Part shown: positions 9,565 through 18,153 of the stretch, one piece after another
Layout of the letters: each line of letters opens with the position of its first letter
Numbering within the stretch: position 1 is the first letter of the stretch
Assembly: GCA_937893945.1 (NCBI GenBank)
Contig: CALCTA010000087.1
Span: forward strand, 1 to 52,630
Length of the DNA: 52,630 nt
Reading direction: 5' to 3'
Origin: an uncultured Clostridia bacterium
Lineage (GTDB): Bacteria > Bacillota > Clostridia > Oscillospirales > CAG-272
Made by a program: the position numbers and the translations under genes
Notes under the pieces: model-generated
Databases searched by the model: none
Told to the model about the DNA's origin: nothing
The model's input: the letters and a program-made list of their open reading frames with translations, nothing else

Positions 9565-10341
9565 TCAATAAATTTCGGTTATTCTGCTCGCGTCTCTCAA
9601 TAACACGCGGTTCTTAAAGCGGTAGTAGAAATGCTTTCTGACAATAATGATATTATCGCCGTCCTTACGCGTGGTGAAATAATATCTTCTCTTTTTAGAA
9701 ATACCGCGAGAGAAAAACAGCCCCGGGGAAACTATAACACAAAGTGAGTTTGGCTGTTTTGCTATATCCTTTACCATACCCGCAAAGTAGCTCTCGTCAT
9801 CAAACGCGCTTCTTTTTGCAGGGAAAAATACCGTTACGTTCTTTCCCTTGACTAACGGCCGTGTCCTTTGGGTAGCCTTGCGAGCGCCAAGGAAGGTAAG
9901 CATAAATCCTATGCCCGAAAACAGAAAAACGAAGGGCAGAGCAATAATAAAGGCGGAAGTTGAAATAATAAATACAGCACCCGATTGGATGAGTGAAATG
10001 ATAAAAATGAGTATCCTTATGGTAGTGGAAACGAAGGTGAAACGGCGCACCGCATCAATGATGCCTGCGTATATCCAAAATACTGAGGCGTTCTTTACAG
10101 AGTGGCGAATATAGGAAAAATATTTTTTCTGCGAGAATGCGCCCTCGTCCTTAGCCTGTCGCAAAAATGCGGCTTCTACCTTATTTCTTCTGTGTAAAAG
10201 CTGCCGCGTAGAGCGCTTTTCCCGTTGCAGCTCATTCTTGAGAAAGGCTATCTCGCGATGAAGGCGCATATTTTCGTCGGTAAGCTCGCGTATTCTGTCG
10301 CGGCTCTCACGTTTTGCGATTTTTGCTTTTTTCCTCGACAT
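9565..10341 (-). CDS. Hypothetical membrane protein: basic coiled-coil N-terminus, about 3 TM helices, unknown C-terminal domain
   Basis: 258 aa. Residues 1-60 are Arg/Lys/Glu-rich and heptad-like (RIRELTDENMRLHREIAFLKNELQREKR). Hydrophobic stretches span about residues 85-165. I recognise no family. Its stop is 16 nt upstream of the addB start on the same strand. GGAGGA RBS. Confidence 0.6.
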   Translation of the reverse strand: MSRKKAKIAKRESRDRIRELTDENMRLHREIAFLKNELQREKRSTRQLLHRRNKVEAAFLRQAKDEGAFSQKKYFSYIRHSVKNASVFWIYAGIIDAVRRFTFVSTTIRILIFIISLIQSGAVFIISTSAFIIALPFVFLFSGIGFMLTFLGARKATQRTRPLVKGKNVTVFFPAKRSAFDDESYFAGMVKDIAKQPNSLCVIVSPGLFFSRGISKKRRYYFTTRKDGDNIIIVRKHFYYRFKNRVLLRDASRITEIY

Positions 10342-10572
10342 AGCTTCCTCCTTGTATAATATCCTAAATTATATTATAACAGAATTTTTAGCCAAAAACA
10401 AGGTTTTAACGCATTAAATTTACATTTTAAATTTAAAAATTACAACGTTCCATAAAAAACCAAGTAAATTCAGTTTATGTTAGAAAATTCGTCATAAAAT
10501 CTTCACAAATAAAGGGTATAATTAATTTGCAAAAGCTTACTTTGCATAAAATTAATATGAAAGGAAACTTTT

Positions 10573-12075
10573 ATGAAGGATTTGGATAAGGATTTCGGAT
10601 TGGAAGGCAATGATCTTTCCGATAATCACGAAAACAAATGCTCCGAGCACAAGGTAATTGATAATGTTCAGGATACTAAAGACGGCGAAGAAGGCATACA
10701 AGCGCGTAAAGAAATCCCTGAAGAAAAGAGCAAAATATTATTCGAGGACCAGAAGGATCTGGCGTCGCAAGAGGAAGGAGCTTATAAAGAAGGGCAAGAT
10801 CCTCAGAAGGAAGGTCAAGGAACTCAAGAAGAAGGGCAAGGAAATAAAGAAAAAGTTGAAAACGATACGGAAAAGTCTCAGTCTGACGTAAATAAGTATT
10901 GTTCTTCCTGCTACACACCTCCTTATTACGTTCCGAACTTTACTGTAAATAGCGATGAGCCCTCGGCACCCGAGAGCAAGGTAAGACGCTCGGACGCGAA
11001 AGGATCATGGAAGATGCTCCTCGTTCTTTCGGCAGTTCTCGTCTGTGTATTTGCCGCATTTCTTCTCGGAGCGCTCTCAAGTGCTTTGTTACCTATAGGC
11101 AATACCGAAGATACCCCTGCCGATCTCGGTGGCGAGGTAATTGAAATAGTTCAGAATACCCCTCAGTTGAACATAACCGAGACGACCGACGGTGAGGCGC
11201 TTTCCTTACCCGAGGTAGTTCAGAAGGTTGGAAACAGCGTTGTTGAAATAAGCACCTCCAGCGTAGTTACAGATAGATTTTTCGGTCAGTACGTTACTAG
11301 TGGCGCGGGAAGCGGTGTCCTTATAACGCAAAGCAATATAGCGGGATATCTGGTAACTAATCATCACGTTATTGAGGGCGCGGAAAAGGTAACCGTAAGG
11401 CTCACCAATAAGGAGGAGTACGAGGCAGAGGTCATAAACAGCACCGCAACGCTTGACCTTGCTATTCTGAGAATAGAAAAAAAGGCTGATGAGAGCTTTA
11501 CAACGGCAAGCATAGGAGATAGCTCTAAGCTGATAGTAGGACAGAAGATAGTAGCTATCGGTAATCCGCTTGGCTCGCTTGGAGGAACGGTTACCGACGG
11601 TATAGTCAGCGCGCTTGACAGAAACGTCAGTATTGACGGAATTTCTATGACACTTCTTCAGCACAACGCGGCTATCAACCCCGGAAACTCAGGCGGCGCA
11701 TTGTTTGATATGGCAGGCAACCTTGTTGGAATTGTCAACGCAAAGAAATTTAATACAGGAATAGAGGGACTTGGATTTGCGATACCGGTAAATATCGCGT
11801 TTGAGTATTTTAAGGGAGTGATGAACTCTTCTTCTATAGGAGCAACCGTTGATTACGGCTATAATTCTCAGCACATATACGGTGTCTATGTGGTTTCTGT
11901 AACGGAAAACAGCGAGTTTAAGCTGAACGACCGTATTGTAAAAATAAACGATACCGATATAAATACCCTTAACGACTATTATGCGACCGTTGACGAGCTT
12001 AAGGTGGGGGATACGGTCAAAGTAACGATAGTACGAAGAAATATTGAAGTCGTGCTGAATATAACCTTACAATAA
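10573..12075 (+). CDS. htrA: HtrA/DegP-family (S1C) membrane-anchored serine protease with C-terminal PDZ
   Basis: 500 aa. Catalytic triad contexts TNHHV (His), DLAILRI (Asp) and GNSGGALF (Ser). One TM helix (LLVLSAVLVCVFAAFLLGAL). A low-complexity acidic/Gln-rich N-terminal tail. Confidence 0.88.
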   Translation: MKDLDKDFGLEGNDLSDNHENKCSEHKVIDNVQDTKDGEEGIQARKEIPEEKSKILFEDQKDLASQEEGAYKEGQDPQKEGQGTQEEGQGNKEKVENDTEKSQSDVNKYCSSCYTPPYYVPNFTVNSDEPSAPESKVRRSDAKGSWKMLLVLSAVLVCVFAAFLLGALSSALLPIGNTEDTPADLGGEVIEIVQNTPQLNITETTDGEALSLPEVVQKVGNSVVEISTSSVVTDRFFGQYVTSGAGSGVLITQSNIAGYLVTNHHVIEGAEKVTVRLTNKEEYEAEVINSTATLDLAILRIEKKADESFTTASIGDSSKLIVGQKIVAIGNPLGSLGGTVTDGIVSALDRNVSIDGISMTLLQHNAAINPGNSGGALFDMAGNLVGIVNAKKFNTGIEGLGFAIPVNIAFEYFKGVMNSSSIGATVDYGYNSQHIYGVYVVSVTENSEFKLNDRIVKINDTDINTLNDYYATVDELKVGDTVKVTIVRRNIEVVLNITLQ

Positions 12076-12099
12076 AATTTCATCTTACGAGGAGAAAAA

Positions 12100-12789
12100 A
12101 TGTATCACATACTTGTTGTTGATGACGAACCGAGAATTCGTTCAATAATAAAAAAATACGCAGAATTTGAGGGCTATACCGTAACCGAGGCGGCAGACGG
12201 TATGGAGGCAGTTCACTTTTGCAGAAGCGCTGAGTTTGACATAATCATTATGGATATCATGATGCCCGAGCTTGACGGTTTTTCGGCTTGCCGCGAGATA
12301 AGAAAAATATCTCAGACTCCTATTATTATGCTCTCTGCGCGAGGCGAGGAGTACGATAAGATAAACGGCTTTGAGCTTGGCATAGACGACTACGTCGTCA
12401 AACCGTTCTCGCCCAAAGAGCTTATGCTTCGCATTGACGCGGTCATGAAGCGCACAAAGAGAGCTGCTGACGGCGGCGTTAAAAAGGAAAATGTCATCGT
12501 TACTCTTGACGATGGCGGACTTCGCGCCGACATTACTGCTCGTCTGGTGTTTATTGACGGAGAAAGAGTCGAGATGTCGCCTAAGGAATACGATCTTTTC
12601 TTCTATATGCTGCAGAACAGAAATATAGCTATCTCCCGTGAGAAATTCATAAGCGACGTATGGGGCTACGATTTCTTTGGCGACGTTCGTACCCTTGACA
12701 CGCATATCAAGCTTCTCAGAAAGAGTCTCGGAAGATATGCTAACCTTATCGTTACTCTCAGAGGAGTAGGATATCGCTTTGAGGGCTGA
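12100..12789 (+). CDS. OmpR-family response regulator
   Basis: 229 aa. Receiver motifs VVDDEP, DIMMPELDG (phospho-Asp) and KPF. Winged-helix C-terminus ending LRGVGYRF. Confidence 0.9.
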   Translation: MYHILVVDDEPRIRSIIKKYAEFEGYTVTEAADGMEAVHFCRSAEFDIIIMDIMMPELDGFSACREIRKISQTPIIMLSARGEEYDKINGFELGIDDYVVKPFSPKELMLRIDAVMKRTKRAADGGVKKENVIVTLDDGGLRADITARLVFIDGERVEMSPKEYDLFFYMLQNRNIAISREKFISDVWGYDFFGDVRTLDTHIKLLRKSLGRYANLIVTLRGVGYRFEG

Positions 12790-12819
12790 TAAAAAATAGA
12801 GCTTTTAAGGAGGAGGACA

Positions 12820-14373
12820 ATGGACGTCAACGAAATAAAGACACCGAAAAAGCGCAGACGCGTCGGCATCAAGTGGAAGATGTTTATGATCCTTTTCCTG
12901 TTTGTATTTGCGTTTGCATTTTGCATCTGGATCTTTGAGGTCCAGATGCTGCACTATTTCTATCAGGTAGCTAAATTCAATGAGCTTGACAACGTTTCGG
13001 AGAGCCTTGCGATCTCTTTGGGAGACGACGCTGAAACTATGAGGGTAGCAGACGATTACGCCACTGAGTATTACAGCGATATATGGGTTTACAGAATTGA
13101 AGGCGGAAATTTTGCCAACGCCTCTAAAATAGCCTTTGAAGAAGGAATGAAGGACTCGCTTGGATATTTCATAGAACCTAATTTTGGCAATATGTATGCT
13201 TCTGCTAAGGAAAACAGAGGAAGATATATAGCGCTCGTGCCTATGAATAATTTCAAGGATTCATATTTTCACTTTGAGGTAATAAAGGACAATATGGGCG
13301 AGCCGCGCTCATACCCATTTGTTATAGGCAATATGAGAAAGCTCAACACCGTATTTACAGAGATATTCGAGCAAGACGGTGTTGAATACGTAATATTTCA
13401 ACGGACAAACATAACCCCCCTAGGCGTAATGATAAGCACTCTTGAAAATCAAGTAGTATTTATAGGCACAATTTTGATAATCTTTACGCTGATACTCGCG
13501 GCTATAATGTCAAAGCTTATCACAAAGCCGCTTGAGCAGGTTACAGAAGCTGCCAAGAGCCTTGCGGTAGGAAAATACAACACAGAGTTTAAGGGGCACG
13601 GATACCGTGAAATAGACGAGCTTTCTGATACTCTGAACTATGCCGCAAACGAGCTTTCCAAGAATGATCGCTTGCAAAAGGAGCTTCTCTCTAACATTTC
13701 TCACGACCTTCGTACACCGCTTACTATGATAAAGGGGTATAGTGAGGTAATGCGCGATATTCCCGAAGAAAATACACCCGAGAACGTGCAGGTCATTATA
13801 GACGAGACCACTCGACTTACAGATCTCGTAAACGACATTCTCGATCTTTCAAAGATACAGTCAGGCGCGAGACTTGCTGAAATGCGTGAGTTCTGTCTTA
13901 CCGAGGTTGTCAGGGATACGATGTTCAGATATGAGAAACTGACTATGCAGGACGGATATAAGATAGAGTTCAAGGCTGAGGCCGATGCTTACGTAATAGC
14001 CGACAGCACTATGATACTTCAGGTGGTATATAATCTTATCAATAACGCTATAAACTATACGGGAGAGGATAAGTACGTATCTGTCGTGCAGAGCGTCCAA
14101 AAGGATTCGGTTCGCATCAGCGTTACCGATACGGGAGAGGGAATCTCCGAGGAGGAAATACCGCTTATCTGGGAGAGATACTATAAGATAGACAAGGTCC
14201 ACAAGCGCGCAACTGTCGGTACGGGACTAGGACTTTCTATAGTCAAGGAAATACTGGAGATACACAACGCCACCTACGGAGTTTCAAGCACGCTTGGCAA
14301 GGGTTCTACCTTCTGGTTTGAGCTCAAGACCTCGGACAGTCAGGAATATAAGGCAGAGGTCGTAGATATTTGA
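12820..14373 (+). CDS. Sensor histidine kinase (2 TM, extracytoplasmic domain, HAMP, HisKA, HATPase_c)
   Basis: 517 aa. H-box SHDLRTPLT, N-box NLINNAINYT, G1 DTGEGI, G2 GTGLGLSIV. AGGAGG RBS. Confidence 0.9.
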   Translation: MDVNEIKTPKKRRRVGIKWKMFMILFLFVFAFAFCIWIFEVQMLHYFYQVAKFNELDNVSESLAISLGDDAETMRVADDYATEYYSDIWVYRIEGGNFANASKIAFEEGMKDSLGYFIEPNFGNMYASAKENRGRYIALVPMNNFKDSYFHFEVIKDNMGEPRSYPFVIGNMRKLNTVFTEIFEQDGVEYVIFQRTNITPLGVMISTLENQVVFIGTILIIFTLILAAIMSKLITKPLEQVTEAAKSLAVGKYNTEFKGHGYREIDELSDTLNYAANELSKNDRLQKELLSNISHDLRTPLTMIKGYSEVMRDIPEENTPENVQVIIDETTRLTDLVNDILDLSKIQSGARLAEMREFCLTEVVRDTMFRYEKLTMQDGYKIEFKAEADAYVIADSTMILQVVYNLINNAINYTGEDKYVSVVQSVQKDSVRISVTDTGEGISEEEIPLIWERYYKIDKVHKRATVGTGLGLSIVKEILEIHNATYGVSSTLGKGSTFWFELKTSDSQEYKAEVVDI

Positions 14374-14389
14374 TTAGGCAGGAAAGAAT

Positions 14390-15241
14390 ATGTTGACTTT
14401 TAAGAATAAAACAGTTGAAGAATCACTCGTATGTCCGATATGCAAAAGCCGTATGGAGATAATTTACGAGAACAGCGGCAGGCTTCAGTGTAAAGGGCCG
14501 AGAACACACTCCTACGACTTTGCGTCGGGCGGGTACGTAAATCTCGGAGCGCCCGTACAGAGCGGCGGTGGAGATTCAAAGCAAGCAGTAAGGGCGAGAA
14601 GCGATTTTCTCAACACGGGTTACTACGAGCCTATAGCAAATAAGCTTTGTGCCTTACTGTCGGAATATCTTTCTACAGATTCACTCGTGGTGGATGCAGG
14701 CTGCGGTGAGGGATATTATTCCGAGCGCATAGCGGCAGACGGATATTCTCTTGCGGGCTTTGATCTTTCTAAATTTGCGGCGGATGCCGCCGCCAAGAGA
14801 GCTAAAGCGCAGGGAAGAGCCAATGCACTTTTCGGTGTTGCAAGCGTTTTTTCGCTCCCACTCGCTGATTTTTCTACTGATGCGATAGTAAACATTTTTG
14901 CTCCGTGCGCGGAAAAAGAATACGCCCGTGTGCTTAAGGACGGTGCCTTGCTTTTCGTTGTAGCCGCAGGCCCTGACCATTTGCTCGGACTGAAAAAAGC
15001 GATATACAGTGAGATACACAGAAACGACGTCAGAGCGGATATGCCGACAGAGATGAAGCTGATACGTAGCGAGCGGCTTTCCTATACCATCACAGTTAAC
15101 GGCAACGAGAGCATTAAGAATTTATTTGCGATGACACCGTACTATTGGAAGACATCGCAAAGCGACGTTCAGAAGCTTGAGGCGCTTGAAAGCTTGGAGA
15201 CCGAAATAGATATCAACTTTGAAGTTTATCAGAAAATATGA
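14390..15241 (+). CDS. RlmA/RrmA-family 23S rRNA (guanine-N1)-methyltransferase-like protein
   Basis: 283 aa. N-terminal Cys4-type zinc ribbon (CPICKS ... C) followed by a class I SAM motif (VVDAGCGEGYY). This architecture is typical of RlmA(I/II). Confidence 0.7.
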   Translation: MLTFKNKTVEESLVCPICKSRMEIIYENSGRLQCKGPRTHSYDFASGGYVNLGAPVQSGGGDSKQAVRARSDFLNTGYYEPIANKLCALLSEYLSTDSLVVDAGCGEGYYSERIAADGYSLAGFDLSKFAADAAAKRAKAQGRANALFGVASVFSLPLADFSTDAIVNIFAPCAEKEYARVLKDGALLFVVAAGPDHLLGLKKAIYSEIHRNDVRADMPTEMKLIRSERLSYTITVNGNESIKNLFAMTPYYWKTSQSDVQKLEALESLETEIDINFEVYQKI

Positions 15242-15251
15242 GGACATTGAA

Positions 15252-15998
15252 ATGAAAAATCCCGAAATTTCTCTTATAATCCCTATGTATAACGAAAGCA
15301 GTATCATAAAGGATACCGCCAACACTCTCCACGAATATATGAGCAAGACTTTTGAAAGCTACGAGATCCTTTTCTCTGACGACGGATCTAAGGACGGCTG
15401 TGGAGATATAGTAAGAGCTATGGAGCTTCCGGGCGTTCGTGTAGTGGGCTACGAGCAGAATCACGGTAAGGGCTGCGCTGTAAGAACTGCTATGCTTGAG
15501 GCTTGCGGAGATATAGTTATGTTTACCGATGCTGACCTCGCGTACGGCACGGAGGTTATAAAAAGAGCGTACGACGAGCTTAGGTCAAGGCCCGAGGCGT
15601 CAATGCTTATCGGATCGAGAAATCTATCCAAGGACGGATATGAGGGATATACAGCACTCAGAAAGCTGATGTCGAAGGTCTATATCAGAATACTCGGACT
15701 GATCGGAGGTTTTAAACTTTCTGACTCTCAGTGCGGCTGTAAGGCATTCAGAGGAGATGCGGCAAAGGCTATATTCACTCTTTGTAAGGTTGACGGATTT
15801 GCTTTTGACTTTGAGAGCATTATGTGGGCGCAAAAGCTTGAGTATAAGATAGCAGAGATGCCTGTAAAGATAATAAATCACAGAGAATCTACAGTACATA
15901 TTTTAAGAGACAGCGTCAGAATGCTCAGAGACCTGCTCAGAATAAGAAAAAGTGTAAACAAAGAGTTCAAATCTATGAGTAAAATAACGAGGGAATAA
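15252..15998 (+). CDS. Family 2 glycosyltransferase (polyprenyl-phosphate sugar transferase-like)
   Basis: ISLIIPMYNES, DDGSKDG and TDADL (DxD) motifs. I chose the ATG at 15252, which has a GAGG RBS 7 nt upstream. The track start at 15219 overlaps the previous gene. Confidence 0.8.
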   Translation: MKNPEISLIIPMYNESSIIKDTANTLHEYMSKTFESYEILFSDDGSKDGCGDIVRAMELPGVRVVGYEQNHGKGCAVRTAMLEACGDIVMFTDADLAYGTEVIKRAYDELRSRPEASMLIGSRNLSKDGYEGYTALRKLMSKVYIRILGLIGGFKLSDSQCGCKAFRGDAAKAIFTLCKVDGFAFDFESIMWAQKLEYKIAEMPVKIINHRESTVHILRDSVRMLRDLLRIRKSVNKEFKSMSKITRE

Positions 15999-15999
15999 T

Positions 16000-16536
16000 A
16001 TGGAATTTTCAAGATTACTTGAGGAGCGCAGAAGCATAAGAGCTTACGCAAAGGGAACGGAAATTAGCCGTGAGGAGATAGAGCAGATGATATACGCCGC
16101 TCAGCAAGCGCCCTCGTGGAAAAATTCTCAGACGGGTAGATATTACGTTGTACTCTCAAAGGATATGGCAGAGGCCCTCAGAATTACATGCCTACCTGAT
16201 TTTAACCGCGACAGAACCGAGCATGCCGCTTATATAGTAACTACCTTTAAGAGAGGATTTGTGGGATTTACCTCTGACGGAAAGCCTACCGACTCTCTTG
16301 GAGACGGATGGGGAGCTTACGACCTTGGTTTGCAGAACGAAAATCTTCTGCTTAAAGCAAGAGAGCTCGGTTATGATACACTCATAATGGGACTTCGTGA
16401 TGAAGCGAGAATAAGAGAGATGCTTTCTATTCCGCAGGATGAGATAATGGTAGCGGTTATCGCTATCGGAAAGCGAGTATCAGATCCTATCAAGCCTGCA
16501 AGAAAACCTGTAGATGAAATAGTAAAATTCTTTTAA
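16000..16536 (+). CDS. Nitroreductase-family protein
   Basis: 178 aa. N-terminal RRSIRAY motif and overall nitroreductase-fold pattern. Confidence 0.75.
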   Translation: MEFSRLLEERRSIRAYAKGTEISREEIEQMIYAAQQAPSWKNSQTGRYYVVLSKDMAEALRITCLPDFNRDRTEHAAYIVTTFKRGFVGFTSDGKPTDSLGDGWGAYDLGLQNENLLLKARELGYDTLIMGLRDEARIREMLSIPQDEIMVAVIAIGKRVSDPIKPARKPVDEIVKFF

Positions 16537-16542
16537 ACGCAG

Positions 16543-16572
16543 AAAAACACCGATCATTGATCGGTGTTTTTT
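16543..16572. terminator. Bidirectional intrinsic terminator
   Basis: AAAAACACCGATC-ATT-GATCGGTGTTTTTT lies between the convergent nitroreductase and DUF1846 genes. Confidence 0.8.
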
Positions 16573-16582
16573 GTGTATTTGA

Positions 16583-18064
16583 TCACTTGTGATAAAGCTT
16601 TTTTGTAGCATAAACAGGTTCGCAGGTAAGATTAAGTCCAAGCTTGCGATATACGTTGCTATCCACTCCAGAGGGAATAACGGTTATGTGCGCCTGACAG
16701 CCCTTAAGCTTGGGAAGCTGCTCCATTGCCTTTGCCGCAAGCTCACTCGTGGTCGCGGAAATAGAAAGCGCTATGAGTATCTCGTCGGCATGGAGTCTCG
16801 GGTTGTGATTGCCAAGGTTGTCTATCTTAAGTCTCTGTATCGGCTCAATTACCTCGAGAGGAAGGAGCAGATAGTCCTCGTCAATATCTCCAAGCTTTTT
16901 AAGAGCGTTAAGCAGTGCCGCCGCAGAGGGCCCCATAAGCTTAGAGGTCTTACCCGTAACTATGCTTCCGTCGGGAAGCTCTATCGCCAGAGCCGGCTCA
17001 CCGGTTCTTTCGGCTTTTTCAAGCGCAGGCGCAACTACCTTGCGATAGCTTGTGTCAATGTCGACCTGCTTCATAATAAGCTCTGCCTTATATACCTCGT
17101 CTGCATCCGCGTTGCCATTTCTCTTTCGGCAGAGTGTGTCGTAGTAGCGACGGATTATCTCCATTTTGGAGGCATCACAGACTACTTTGTCGTCGGTAAT
17201 GCAATATCCCGCCATATTTACGCCCATATCCGTAGGAGACTTGTAAGGACATTCGCCGTATATCTTCTCAAAAATATCCTTGAGAACGGGATATATCTCA
17301 ATATCTCTGTTATAGTTGACTGCAAGAGTACCTGTGCTTTCCAAGTGGAACGGGTCGATCATATTTACGTCGTGAAGATCAATGGTCGCCGCCTCGTAAG
17401 CCATATTAACGGGGTGCTTAAGAGGAATATTCCAGATAGGGAAGGTCTCAAACTTAGCGTATCCTGCCTTTATTCCGCGCTTGTGGTCGTGATAGAGCTG
17501 AGAGAGACAGGTAGCCATCTTGCCGCTTCCCGGACCGGGAGCAGTGATAACGACGAGAGAGTGGGTAGTTTCAATATATTCGTTTCTTCCGTAGCCGTCA
17601 TCACTGACGATCTTCTGAAGATTTGAGGGATAGCCTTCAATGGGATAATGACGATATACCTTTATTCCTAAGTTCGCAAGACGCTTGATAAAGAGGTCAA
17701 CTGAGGGCTGATTCATATACTGTGTGATAACTACACCACCGACGAGCAGACCTATCTCGTTGAATGCATCTATCATTCTGAGGGTATCCATATCGTAGGA
17801 GATACCAAGGTCGCCTCTGATTTTATTCTGCTCAATAGAAGCCGCCGAAACGACTACGATGACCTCAGCGTCATCCTTCATCTTGAGTAGCATTTTTATC
17901 TTACTGTCAGGACGAAATCCGGGAAGAACCCTTGATGCGTGATAGTCGTCAAAGAGCTTACCGCCAAACTCAAGGTAAAGCTTGCCGCCAAAGCTTGAAA
18001 TACGCTCCTGTATCCTCTCGGACTGGAGCTCTATATATTTGTCATTATCAAAACCGATATTCAT
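16583..18064 (-). CDS. UPF0371 / DUF1846 family protein (function unknown)
   Basis: N-terminus MNIGFDNDKYIELQSERIQERI and a length of about 490 aa match my recollection of the conserved Firmicutes UPF0371 family. I chose the ATG at 18064, preceded by a GTGAGG RBS. The track start at 18076 is a GTG inside that RBS. Confidence 0.7.
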   Translation of the reverse strand: MNIGFDNDKYIELQSERIQERISSFGGKLYLEFGGKLFDDYHASRVLPGFRPDSKIKMLLKMKDDAEVIVVVSAASIEQNKIRGDLGISYDMDTLRMIDAFNEIGLLVGGVVITQYMNQPSVDLFIKRLANLGIKVYRHYPIEGYPSNLQKIVSDDGYGRNEYIETTHSLVVITAPGPGSGKMATCLSQLYHDHKRGIKAGYAKFETFPIWNIPLKHPVNMAYEAATIDLHDVNMIDPFHLESTGTLAVNYNRDIEIYPVLKDIFEKIYGECPYKSPTDMGVNMAGYCITDDKVVCDASKMEIIRRYYDTLCRKRNGNADADEVYKAELIMKQVDIDTSYRKVVAPALEKAERTGEPALAIELPDGSIVTGKTSKLMGPSAAALLNALKKLGDIDEDYLLLPLEVIEPIQRLKIDNLGNHNPRLHADEILIALSISATTSELAAKAMEQLPKLKGCQAHITVIPSGVDSNVYRKLGLNLTCEPVYATKKLYHK

Positions 18065-18098
18065 TACAGACCTCACGAATAAAATAAACTACCTTAAT

Positions 18099-18127
18099 AT
18101 TGTAATACAAAACCAAGATTTTTTCAA
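18099..18127 (-). promoter_or_regulatory. Sigma-70-type promoter for the DUF1846 gene
   Basis: Minus strand reads TTGAAA-17 nt-TACAAT (-35 at 18122-18127, -10 at 18099-18104), about 35 nt upstream of the start codon. Confidence 0.55.
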
Positions 18128-18153
18128 TATGTTTTTTATAAAAAAAGCAAAAT

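Noticed and set aside
10658-10918. Two ~80-aa ORFs (10658-10891 on +, 10676-10918 on -) with Lys/Arg-rich or Leu-rich translations near the htrA 5' end.
   Set aside because: They arise from the purine-rich repeat DNA that encodes the htrA N-terminal tail. They lie entirely within that gene and have no independent start signals.
15219-15251. Upstream-extended starts offered by the ORF track: GT2 at 15219, cdsA at 26467, LRR lipoprotein 1 at 36143, LRR lipoprotein 2 at 37128, trxB at 19083, DUF1846 at 18076, purE at 46323.
   Set aside because: In every case a downstream ATG has a proper Shine-Dalgarno sequence and yields the expected N-terminus (signal peptide, FAD motif and so on). The extension overlaps the previous gene or the mapped promoter.
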